Source of the DNA: Macrostomum lignano
Lineage: Eukaryota
Assembly: GCA_002269645.1 (NCBI GenBank)
Contig: NIVC01000753.1
Location: 310,001 to 374,000 of the forward strand
DNA: 64,000 bases
Direction of reading: 5' to 3'
Every line of letters begins with the position of its first letter. The first letter of the stretch is position 1. Below the pieces are notes generated by a model, which was not told where the DNA came from, did not search any database, and was given only the letters and a program-made list of their open reading frames with translations. Positions 23,001 through 50,100 of the stretch are shown here, piece by piece. Made by a program: the position numbers and the translations under genes.

Positions 23001-25809
23001 GTGAAGCTGCACTGCATCAGCACGGAGTTCACGGCTAGAAAGCACGGCGGCGAGAAGGGCATCCCGTTCCGCCTGCAGGTGGACACGTTCGACAATGCTA
23101 CTGGCAACCATTTGCAGAGCCTGGCCGCCCAGGTGAAAGTGTTCAAGCCCAAGGGCGCCGATAGGAAGCACAAGACCGACAGGGAGAAAGTGGAGAAGCG
23201 AACGGAAAGCGAGCGCAGCAAATACCAGCCTTCGCTGCTCTATACTCCATTTAAGCCAACTGTTTACCTGAGCGAGCAGGGCTTGTTGAGTCTGGTCAAG
23301 CCCGAGCTCAAGTCTGCCGCTGACCGCCCCGCCGACGGTGTTGTCGTGTGAGTCTGTAATTCTGTTTTAGCTAGTTTAACTAGCGGGTCTTTGTGGATAC
23401 TTAGATTGTAGTTTTGACGCACATTGAGCGTCTTTATGGATTAGACGCGTTTGAAAAGCGTTAGACTAGTTGGCAGAATGCCTTTATACATTGCCGCATC
23501 TGACCCTCTCACATGCTTGGGCGCAACCTAAGGATTCACCCGGCCGTTTTTATTGGCTACACACACGTAAGTCGCTATTGGACAAAATAGTAGTCACGTG
23601 ACTTCTCTCAGCCAATGCTCTTAGCCAACGCTCACGATTCTCGTGAATCGCCCCAAATTAACGCTCCCGCGCACGGAATTGAGCCTCTCCGACCCTCAAA
23701 AGTTGCACAAGTCTGCAGACTCCCAGCTTGGGAAAAAGACAGGATGTCAATTTAGCATCCGGTGTCCAAATTTAGGGGGTCACAAAAAACTAACCGTTGA
23801 AGAAAAACCCAATCGCTAACAGCAAGCAGGAGGCCGGCTCTCGAGCGCAGCAATGCAGCGGCGGTGACGGCGGGTCTGGCAGCTCGCCAAGCCCCAAATC
23901 GGTGCACTCGCCCGCCAGCCCATCCTGTGCAGCAGCCGCCGCCACTGTTGCTAGTAGAAATTCGCAATGCGCCGCGAGTCCCCGGTGAACCTGACATTCG
24001 ACAGCTCGCCTCAGCAGGTTGCCGACTGGCTGGAGCAGAACCGGTTCGCCACAGTGGCCCGGCTGTTCGCCAATTTCAATGGCGCCGACTTGTTGCGCTT
24101 GTCCAGAGCCGATCTTATTGAGATTTGCGGTCCGTCTGACGGAGTTCGACTCTACAATGGTCTGGCTCAGCGGCCCTGCCGTTACAAACTGCTGTTCTAT
24201 GTTGGTCAGGAGTCTGAGAATGGTTAGTTCAGATACTGAGATCTAGATGAGTTCTATTGAATCTCCTAGACTATTGTCAGATAAATACCCCCTTTTCTTT
24301 TTAGAGTTGTCCCTGAATCTACTGCTGAATCGTCTTTAATTTTCCTCATAAAAAATCTCCCTAAATCCCTACTCAGATAGTCTCCCCTAAATCCCTACTC
24401 AGACAATCTCCCCTAAATCCCTACTCAGTTAATCTCCCCTAAATCCCTACTCAGACAATCTCCCCTCAATCCCTACTCAGATAATCTCCCCTAAATCCCT
24501 ACTCAGATAATCTCCCCTAAATCCCTACTCAGATAATCTCCCCTAAATCCCTACTCAGACAATCTCCCCTAAATCCCTACTCAGATAATCTCCCCTAAAT
24601 CCCTACTCAGACAATCTCCCCTAAATCCCTAGTCAGACAATCTCCCCTAAATCCCTACTCAGATAATCTCCCCTAAATCCCTACTCAGACAAACTTTACA
24701 TTCACTGATATCACGTCTTTTCGCCTCAGCTTTTTGTTGAAAATTGCTTATTTTTTAACCAACAGCAGCTAGGATTTCTTTGCTCAAGGGTTTCCTCCCT
24801 TAGTTCGATTAAGCATCAAAGCCCGCTAGACCTCCACCCCTATCCGCCCACAGTGTTTCACCCGGTGTATTTGAGCACCCTGAGCTATCAGGAATTGCTG
24901 ACCAAAATTGCTGGTCTGTTCCAATCGGACGGTGAGAAAATCTCCCAGGTACTTCTCTGCGGACCTGCCGGAATTCCCGTCTGCATCAGCGACGAGGTGA
25001 GAATTTTATTTGGTACTCCTTATAGTCTTATCTGTGCCGATCAGATCCACACAGCTGGCTTTGCTTCTTCTCAGATCCACACAGTTGGCTTTGCTTCTTC
25101 TCAGATCCACACAGTTGGCTTTGCTTCTTCTCAGATCCACACAGTTGACTTTGCTTCTTCTCAGATCCACACAGTTGGCTTTGCTTCTTCTCAGATCCAC
25201 ACAGTTGACTTTGCTTCTTCTCAGATCCACACAGTTGGCTTTGCTTCTTCTCAGATCCACACAGTTGGCTTTGCTTCTTCTCAGATCCACACAGTTGGCT
25301 TTGCTTCTTCTCAGATCCACACAGTTGGCTTTGCTTCTTCTCAGATCCCTCCGGAATGGGTCTTCACCTCCCTCCCCCTACAGACAGTGGGTCTTCACAT
25401 CCCTCCTCCTACAGACAGTGGGTCTTCACATCGCCCTACAGACAGTGGGTCTTCACATCCCCCTACAGACAGTGGGTCTTCACATCCCTCCTCCTACAGA
25501 CAGTGGGTCTTCACATCCCCCTACAGAGAGTGGGTCTTCACATCCCCCTACAGACAGTGGGTCTTCACCTCTGTGCACCCCAGACAGGAGGTCTCTATCT
25601 TGCTGCTCCCCATACAGTGGGTTTTTAATCTAATAATCCCCCATAAGGATTTATCCTCCCCAAATCTTCCCCTCGGCCAGATGGTATCCCAGCTGGATTG
25701 CGAGTCGCGGTTCTCTCTGCACGTAGTCCCGGACGAAGTTATCGCTGGCCGATTCAAAATATTTATGAAGCCAACGCCAATTTGCGAAGTGAACGGGCAC
25801 GGTAATTAA
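20054..25809 (+). CDS. TFCP2: CP2/LSF-family transcription factor; exons 20054-20504, 22241-22302, 22770-23347, 23823-24222, 24854-24996, 25681-25809; apparent 1-nt frameshift at 23980-23983
   Basis: N-terminal FEGSLSGLGVDL...FNMSEAI; CP2 domain EEPLTYLNQG|HPYEV...RILDIDIPLS...HCISTEFTARKHGGEKGIPFRLQVDT...KVFKPKGADRKHKTD; SAM domain WLEQNRF...FNGADLLRL...ICGPSDGVRLYN; C-terminal ubiquitin-like region. Confidence 0.92.
20565..21770. repeat. 32 bp minisatellite ATCCCTAAACTGCACAAATCCCAAACTTTATG, interrupted by a MITE
   Basis: Tandem array in TFCP2 intron 1, resuming after 21545. Confidence 0.95.
21373..21544. mobile_element. Palindromic MITE-like element with about 60 bp perfect inverted arms
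   Basis: CAACCTTGGGATTCACTCGGCCGTTTCTATTGGCAACACACACATGTAAGTCGCTATTGG from 21385 and its exact reverse complement ending at 21534, around a 30-bp spacer; partial copy at 23512-23616. Confidence 0.85.
21828..22118 (-). mobile_element. tRNA-derived CORE-like SINE, copy 2
   Basis: Reverse-complement match along nearly the whole length of 2007-2315. Confidence 0.85.
22400..22760. repeat. 24 bp minisatellite CCACCCTATAGAATCGCCCTCAAT
   Basis: Fills TFCP2 intron 2 to within about 8 nt of the acceptor AG. Confidence 0.95.
23512..23616. mobile_element. Partial, diverged copy of the palindromic MITE
   Basis: Left arm plus spacer matching 21373-21480. Confidence 0.75.
24357..24692. repeat. 26 bp minisatellite TCTCCCCTAAATCCCTACTCAGATAA
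   Basis: Tandem array in TFCP2 intron 4. Confidence 0.95.
25041..25347. repeat. 30 bp minisatellite CAGATCCACACAGTTGGCTTTGCTTCTTCT
   Basis: About 10 units in TFCP2 intron 5. Confidence 0.95.
25357..25570. repeat. About 26 bp minisatellite CAGACAGTGGGTCTTCACATCCCCTA
   Basis: About 8 units in TFCP2 intron 5. Confidence 0.9.
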
Positions 25810-26589
25810 ATTATGATTATGGATAAACAACAATTTTGAGTCGCTGTAACTGAAGTATCAATATCAGCTTTTAATAAATGAGATTGGGTGCAGATTGCTG
25901 CACAGTTTATCATCTTTAATGAATTCGGGAAGGAGAACAATTAGAGTTGTTAGTTTTGTTATAATGGTATTTTTACTGCCAGCAGCCTGAGCATTGGGAA
26001 TTTCATAATGCTATGATAAACTGCAATTATTCGTTATTAATGTATTGCGAATTATATTCCTGATTCATAGTTTTTTGTTGGAAGTAAATTTTAACAGCAA
26101 TAGAATTGTTTTACTTTACTACTTTTTATAGAGTATTGAGATTTTATAAAATTAATTGGATTCCATGTTTATTAAGTTAAAAAATTGTTTTTGTCGCTGT
26201 ATATATCACTCTCACACTCGATTTTTTTATCTTTTTTTATTATACTGTGTATTTACTCATTATTTAAGTACCTTTTGGCACCTTATAGCTGCGAGTGGAT
26301 TAGCCATTAACTGTCAACAGCATGAAAACATTTACTGTATTCTTAATTTAATAGCGTACCGCTTTTCATATACAGTAATGCGAAATTATAAGTGCTTTCC
26401 TTTATAACACTGTTTAGGAAGTGTGGCTTCATCGTTAGCACATTGCTCCAGTTATTTACTTAAAAATAAATGCTTGGTAAAGACACAAACCAACCAGTAT
26501 TTACACACAAACTTGAAATAAAGACTCAAATCGACTGGTCCGTGTCTGAGCATGCCACCAGGCGTTTGATCAAAAGTGTACGCACTGCG

Positions 26590-27450
26590 TCTTCGAACCC
26601 TCAATCCCGTCCCCAAATGTGCACAAACGTCTCCGACCCCTCAATCCCGTCCCCATATGTGCACAGTACGTCTCCGACCCCTCAATCCCGTCCCCATATG
26701 TGCACAGTGCGTCTCCGACCCCTCAATCCCGTCCCCATATGTGCACAGTACGTCTCCGACCCCTCAATCCCGTCCCCATATGTGCACAGTGCGTCTCCGA
26801 CCCCTCAATCCCGTCCCCATATGTGCACAGTACGTCTCCGACCCCTCAATCCCGTCCCCATATGTGCACAGTGCGTCTCCGACCCCTCAATCCCGTCCCC
26901 ATATGTGCACAGTGCGTCTCCGACCCCTCAATCCCGTCCCCATATGTGCACAGTACGTCTCCGACCCCTCAATCCCGTCCCCATATGTGCACAGTGCGTC
27001 TCCGACCCCTCAATCCCGTCCCCATATGTGCACAGTGCGTCTCCGACCCCTCAATCCCGTCCCCATATGTGCACAGTACGTCTCCGACCCCTCAATCCCG
27101 TCCCCATATGTGCACAGTGCGTCTCCGACCCCTCAATCCCGTCCCCATATGTGCACAGTGCGTCTCCGACCCCTCAATCCCGTCCCCATATGTGCACAGT
27201 GCGTCTCCGACCCCTCAATCCCGTCCCCATATGTGCACAAACGTCTCCGACCCCTCAATCCCGTCCCCATATGTGCACAGTACGTCTCCGACCCCTCAAT
27301 CCCGTCCCCAAATGTGCACAAACGTCTCCGACCCCTCAATCCCGTCCCCAAATGTGCACAAACGTCTCCGACCCCTCAATCCCGTCCCCATATGTGCACA
27401 GTGCGTCTCCGACCCCTCAATCCCGTCCCCACAGGTACACAGGACCTCCC
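26590..27450. repeat. 41 bp minisatellite GTCTCCGACCCCTCAATCCCGTCCCCATATGTGCACAGTAC
   Basis: About 20 units; 41-aa periodicity in the ORF track. Confidence 0.97.
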
Positions 27451-28429
27451 CAACCCTTCAATCTCGCCCTATGTGTACGCGCATTCATAAATAACGTTGG
27501 CCACACTTCCTAGTTTTTCTTTCTCTAATAGTATAACTGAGCACTCTGTTGCTTTAGACAGTTTCAGCCGTTAGTAATGGCTTGATTAACAAATACCTTG
27601 TAACAATTGGACGACCAGTTAATGGATTCCTGTTCTCAAGCTTAGCAGTAGTGCGTTGTCATTTTGTATTTTTAATGCGACGAAATTATCGAGTCTAATT
27701 TTTTTTCAATAAAAAACCAGTTGGTGCGTACTCGGTATCTCTTATTGTTTTTTGCGTTCACTATCTCAGCTATTACTAGTACTATGCGTGTTTGCATTAG
27801 ATAGAGTATAATAATATCGTATATTTATAAAATATTAATGCACATATGCGGTTACACATTTTCCCTGATCAACTCGGTTTCAGAATTGTTTTAACTGACA
27901 TAGTTGGTTTGTTAATTGTTATTTTCGACACGACGCCTTCATTGATTGGGAAAATGTGTTTTATAAAAAAGGGTAATTGCACCTATGATTTCGCCAATTT
28001 CGACTGTACTTTTCGCTGAAGATTCTCCGAGTTATACCGATTAGTATAAAAAAATAAAAAGTTTACACACAGGCCGTTTCATTTCATTCTCCGATGGACT
28101 TGTAAACTTATTGGAGATCTGTCTGTAATCAGTTTCGTTTTGTTCTATCAAACTGCTTATCAGAGAAGAATGAATTCGAGCTATAAACACAAATTTACTC
28201 GTACCTAGTAAATGTGATAAATCCTGCTGGTTAAATGATAAGAGGTAGAACTCTCCGACTAAAATCAAGCGTTAAGCCCAGAAGCGGGTTGGTGTGAGTC
28301 TACTCATTTAATGAATATTGTAGCAAAAATTGCCAATATAACAAAAGTACAGTGATATTTATGGTCCTTTTCACACAAAAAGATTACTAAGCTAATTAAA
28401 TGGTTTTGCTTTAATTCCTTTTGTGTACG

Positions 28430-28810
28430 AAAGCGATCCGACCTTTCAATCTCGTCTACATGTGTACATACGCAAACTCAACCTCTCAATCTCGTCCCCA
28501 TGTGTACATACGCAAACTCAACCTCTCAATCTCGTCCCCATGTGTACATACGCAAACTCAATCTCGTCCCCATGTGTACATACGCAAACTCAACCTCTCA
28601 ATCTCGTCCCCATGTGTACATACGCAAACTCGACCTCTCAATCTCGTCCCCATGTGTACATACGCAAACTCGACCTCTCAATCTCGTCTCAATACCCGAA
28701 TCTGACTTCAATCTCGTCCCCGCGTGTACATACGCGGACTTTTCAATCTCGTCCTCGTGTGTACATACGCGAATCCGACCTCTCAATCTTGGCCCCCACG
28801 TGTACACACG
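28430..28810. repeat. About 40 bp minisatellite CTCAATCTCGTCCCCATGTGTACATACGCAAACTCAACCT
   Basis: About 9 units; related to the 41-bp array at 26590. Confidence 0.9.
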
Positions 28811-30077
28811 CATTTGGCATTTAATTTTAGTATAATGACTAGCAATCTACGCCCCCGTTTGGGGAGCAAACAAAGAATGTAATATTTTTTTAAATAACTG
28901 CATCTAGCTTCTGACCTCAGCATTTATATCTCAACAATTTTCCCCTAGCCTTGCCTTCTCACCAATTCCCCCGTAAGCCTTGACTAAGCCTTGTGAATAA
29001 ACTTGCAGAACAAATACTTAAATACAATGTATTCACTCAACTACCAGAGCTATTTTTGTGAGCAAACTCAGATCCACGAGAATAAATTACTTTGATACTG
29101 CGTTTTTCTTTGCAGTCTTTTTGCGGCGTACATGTATAGTTAAGCATTTAAGGAGTCAAAAAGCAATTTTCAATTTATTCTGCCATAAATATAATTATAC
29201 TTAAAAAGTTTAATAAAACAGCATTATGAACGAATAAATATAAGGGCTATAAATTGAATCGGTTCAATTAGCTAATTTGTTTTTAAGAAAGTTAAAATAT
29301 TTAGCATAACACACAGCACGATGAAGCTGGACAAACGAAACGATCTACGAGCTATAAGTGTCTCTTTTGGGCTTTTTTGCATTTCCATCGTCATTTTAAC
29401 CACACTGCATGTTTACATTTAATAGCGACACAAAGCAATGCCATATAGTAGCTTGATTGCATACGCTTGTACAAAGAAAAATATAATTGAGAAATTTTAC
29501 TAATACATTTAGACATAAAAAGAGAGTTCTATGCTCGCATGGCATCAGCATACAGATGGTCAAGTGTTGGAAGAATTGATTGTTTCTACATGTACGGTCG
29601 TAACATGCGCTAAGGTAGCTTAAGGCGACACAACGATCGAATGACCTTGACCTTGATTTTCTCTCAAAAGCTTATCTTAAGTAAGACTGGGAGGGCTGAT
29701 TTGCGGTTTTTATGGCCCCTGAAATAATGAGCTGGGAAAGGCAATGGCGTGGCGTGAGTGAGGTTGGGGTTAGAGAGGGAGAAGATATTTTCTATCCCCG
29801 ACGATCGTACAATTGTACATGGCCAGTCTCGGTTGTGCGCACATCCACGCAGCCAATAGGAGGCAGACTAGAATTATAGTGGCCTCGCTAACACTGTTTA
29901 TTGCCTATTGACAAAATAGTCTCGTTTATAAACCTTAAATAGCAGAGCGAAAGAAAAATTCACTATTATGGGGTGAATTAGACCACGTATTCCTCTTCGA
30001 GCAATCACTGAAATTTTTTAGATTTATTAGGAAGTATGTGCGAATGCAAATTTTACTACAGTGGCTGTTACAATTCT

Positions 30078-46026
<15,949 letters not shown>

Positions 46027-47141
46027 GCCACCAGACAAAGTTCCCCTTGATCTTTACCCGACGTCTTCCAGTTACCTATTCGCTACAATACAATGGACAC
46101 CCGCTGGCTGCTCTGGACACGGCTCTGCTCGAGGGTCCGAAAGCAATTGGAGATATCCTCGAGAGAGGCAACGCTCGGCGAGGTTCGTTGCTGTGCTGCG
46201 AAATCAAACCCGAATAGAGAGAGAGAGAAAATAGGAGACTGGGAGAGGAGAGGGAAGTTCGGAAGCGGGGATGAGGCCGCAGAATATCGGGGTAGAAACG
46301 CTACTTTCGCTACTTGTGCGCCATTTGTGGACGGATTGCGGGGTTCAGAGACTGGCAAGTGAAAGCAAATTTCTGGCCCAGCCCAACTTTTCCTCATCCT
46401 CTCCGCCTCTCTTTCTTCAAGGTGAATGGCGAACGCGCACTGGTTCCGCCTTACCCTACCCGAACCCCTCTAAGCCCAGCCCCGACCCTCTGGAGTTTTC
46501 GATCTGCCCCAGTCAGTCACGCGCGGGTTCCGGTAGAGCATCCAAATTTGCTGCTTGCGCGAATGCTGCTACAAGCCCCCGGCCGGGGTCTGACGCACTG
46601 CCGCGCGCACAAGAGCGCAGCGAATGTACCAAATTTGTCCGGCGAATTCCGCATCCCGTCATCTCGGATGCTGCGAATGCTGCATCCTAGCCTGCCCTGC
46701 CTTCACTCCCCATTGCCGGTTTATGCGCAGTTCTTGGTCTTCTTCTAGGGAAAAGAAGAGGAAGATGGCGCAGCTCCGGAGCGCCCACTCGTAGCGCATC
46801 AGAGCGCAGTTAAACTTCCCTCCACGTCCCAGCTTTTGCTGAACTATACCTTCCCCTAACCTGGCCGAGAGGAGATCGGGCAGAAGGAGGAAAAGAAACG
46901 CTTCTGCGCATCACCTGGCGGCGCGTACAAGCGGCGCTACCCACCCATCCGCCCAGGAATCGGTTTTGCATTTTCCTAGCAACGCCGCAGCAGCCGGCAC
47001 ATTGCCGCCGTCCAACATTTGGATCCAATTTGGTGAAGAGAACAGATTGATAAACCCTGCTACCTGGTAGCATACTGGTTAGAAAGGCTTCCGGAGCAAC
47101 GGAGACGGCATTGAGCTTCACCCGGGACTTGCGTGATCTCA
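46027..47141. promoter_or_regulatory. Shared divergent promoter and 5' UTR region of the two collagen IV genes
   Basis: 1115 bp between the two start codons; free of tandem arrays and relatively GC-rich. Transcription start sites cannot be placed from sequence alone. Confidence 0.75.
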
Positions 47142-50100
47142 ATGGAGCAACGCCGTCGTAATGCGCCCAGGCTGCCTCTGCTGCTTCTCTGTGCGTTGCT
47201 AGTTGCATTGAGCTGCCTTCCTGAGCCCGTCAGGTCGGCTGCGGTGAGTTTCAAGATGCATTTTCCAGATCTTTTCATATTGAAGTCCACAGCCGTCGAT
47301 ATAATTTGTAGCCAATTTACTTACGAGCTTAGTTCGGTTTTAGGCCTTCAGGCTTGAACGAAAAGTGAATTATTTTATCTTTTTAAGCCTTCTCACCATT
47401 TTTGTAATTTTAAGTGATGTATAAATAGCTATTTGTCACTGCATCGATTTAGTGACTGGTCATCCGCTGAGCTGGTTTCACAAAACTCTATCATGAGGAT
47501 ACTTATAGGTTAATTTCTTGCAACACAGCTGGTACGTTGGTGATTCACCTGGTGGAGGAGTTGTAAATATTCTTATTTTCTGGGAAACTACCTCGTCGGT
47601 CACCTTTGATGCGTCATAAAAGCCGGCAAAAACATGCTGCCCCACGATTCTTTGCATTGCAGACTTGCGCCACCGAGCCTTGCATGTGCGACGGAGCCAA
47701 GGGCTACGCGGTAAGCAAATAGCTTGTCACTGGAATAAAATGCTGCAATCAAGCCATCTGATGAACTTGTACTAAAGATGCAACTTAATCGCTCCACACT
47801 TAGATAGCCAACTCTACAAACCCTTCCCCCATCGCTCCACACTTAGATAGCCAACTCTACAAACCCTTCCCCCATCGCGCCGCACTCAGATAGCCAACTC
47901 TACAAACCCTTCCCCCATCGCTCCACACTTAGATAGCCAACTCTACAAACCCTTCCCCCATCGCTCCACACTTAGATAGCCAACTCTACAAACCCTTCCC
48001 CCATCGCTCCACACTTAGATAGCCAACTCTACAAACCCTTCCCCCATCGCTCCACACTCAGATAGCCAACTCTACAAACCCTTCCCCCATCGCTCCACAC
48101 TTAGATAGCCAACTCTACAAACTCCCTTCCCACATCGCGCCACACTCAGATAGCCAACTCTACAAACCCTTCCCCCATCGCTTCACACTCAGATAGCCAA
48201 CTTCACAAACCTTTTCCCAATCTCACACCCGGTCAAAGCAGCCATTCTCAAAAGCTCTTCACCCCATTGCTCTCTTCAGGGCGATCGAGGTCCCAAAGGC
48301 ATCAAAGGCATTAACGGCCTGGCTGGACCTCCGGGAGCACGAGGTGAAAAAGGCCGGAAAGGCACCGATGGGCCCTACGGACCGAAAGGATTCAAAGGTG
48401 CAACGGGCGAACCGGGCGAAGTTGGCATTCAGGGAGACACGGGACCGAAGGTGAGTTTCTGTTACTGCCACTAATACCTGCTTCAGATCTGTCTATGCAT
48501 CTTTCTTCAATAAAAAACCTCATCCACAGGGCACCCGAGGTGCCAGAGGCGTGGACGGCACGTCCGGTTTCAAAGGTGATCCCGGATGCAGCGGCCGGCC
48601 GGGCGATCCGGGTCAGCCGGGCGCTCCAGGCGATTTCGGCGAAAAGGGCGACAACGGATCCAGAGGACCGCAGGGTCGGAAGGTGAAACAGAGGCGATAA
48701 TCTTAATGGTCTATATGACTGAAATTAGTACTGAAAAGGAAACCCTTCAAACCTTTCCCCATCGCTCCACACCCAGATGGCCAGCCCATCAAACCCTTGC
48801 CCATCGCTCCGCACCCAGATAGCGAGCCCATCAAACCCTTCCCCATCGCTCCGCACCCAGATAGCGAGCCCATCAAACCCTTCCCCATCGCTCCGCACCC
48901 AGATACCCATCAAACCCTTCCCCATCGCTCCACACCCAGATAGCCAGACCAGCAAACCCTTCCCCATCGCTCCACACCCAGATAGCCAGCAGAGCAAACC
49001 CTTCCCCGTCGCTCCGCACCCAAATAGCCAGCCGAGCAAACCCTTCCCCATCGCTCCACACCCAGATAGCCAGCAGAGCAAACCCTTCCCCATCGCTCCG
49101 CACCCAGATAGCCAGACCAGCAAACCCTTCCCCGTCGCTCCACACCCAGATAGCCAGACCAGCAAACCCTTCCCCGTCGCTCCACACCCAAATAGCCAGC
49201 AGAGCAAACCCTTCCCCGTCGCTCCGCACCCAAATAGCCAGCCGAGCAAACCCTTCCCCATCGCTCCGCACCCAGATAGCCAGCAGAGCAAACCCTTCCC
49301 CATCGCTCCACACCCAGATAGCCAGCAGAGCAAACCCTTCCCCATCGCTCCACACCCAGGTAGCCAGCAGAGCAAACCCTTCCCCATCGCTCCGCACCCA
49401 GGTAGCCAGCAGAGCAAACCCTTCCCCATCGCTCCGCACCCAGGTAGCCAGCAGAGCAAACCCTTCCCCGTCGCTCCACACCCAGATAGCCAGCAGAGCA
49501 AACCCTTCCCCATCGCTCCGCACCCAGGTAGCCAGCAGAGCAAACCCTTCCCCGTCGCTCCACACCCGTATCAACTTGCAATTTACACAAGCTGCCGGCA
49601 AACCCTTCTCTTTTCCAGGGCCAGCCGGCTGAGTCGCTCGCCTCTCTCAAAGGCCTCCCAGGTGACCCGGGCGACCCCGGCTACATTGGCTTTCCCGGCC
49701 CGACCGGACCGGAAGGCCCTCCCGGCGAGAAGGGCTACAAAGGCGAGAAAGGAAACAAGGTGCGATCATTGTACACCTATTCTACAACTCACCTGTGTTT
49801 ATTTTGAAACTCACGCGGGTCTTTACGAATCACCAAAGTGACCTAAGGCACAATTATTGATAATTCATGGAAAGCCTTCAGAGCTATTTCAACTATTCTT
49901 ACTTCCAGGGCCAACTCGGATACGAAGGTCAAAGAGGTCAGAGAGGTGATAAAGGCCGAATCGGAGAGTTTGTAATCGGCCCGAAGGTGAGAGCAAAGCG
50001 CGTTCATTTGCTACCAGACTAAAGTATCGATTTACGCTCGTATTTCTAATTATTGATTATTGGACTAACCTTCCCACCTGTCTTCAGGGCTACAAAGGTG

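Noticed and set aside
26470-27513. Long repetitive ORFs over tandem arrays (also 10229-10967, 32056-32927, 35396-36770, 45085-45834, 48725-49841, 50625-51368, 57693-58364, 59737-60752)
   Set aside because: Open in several frames or on both strands, periodic with the DNA unit, and mostly inside introns defined by GT-AG and frame continuity; they are by-products of stop-free repeat units
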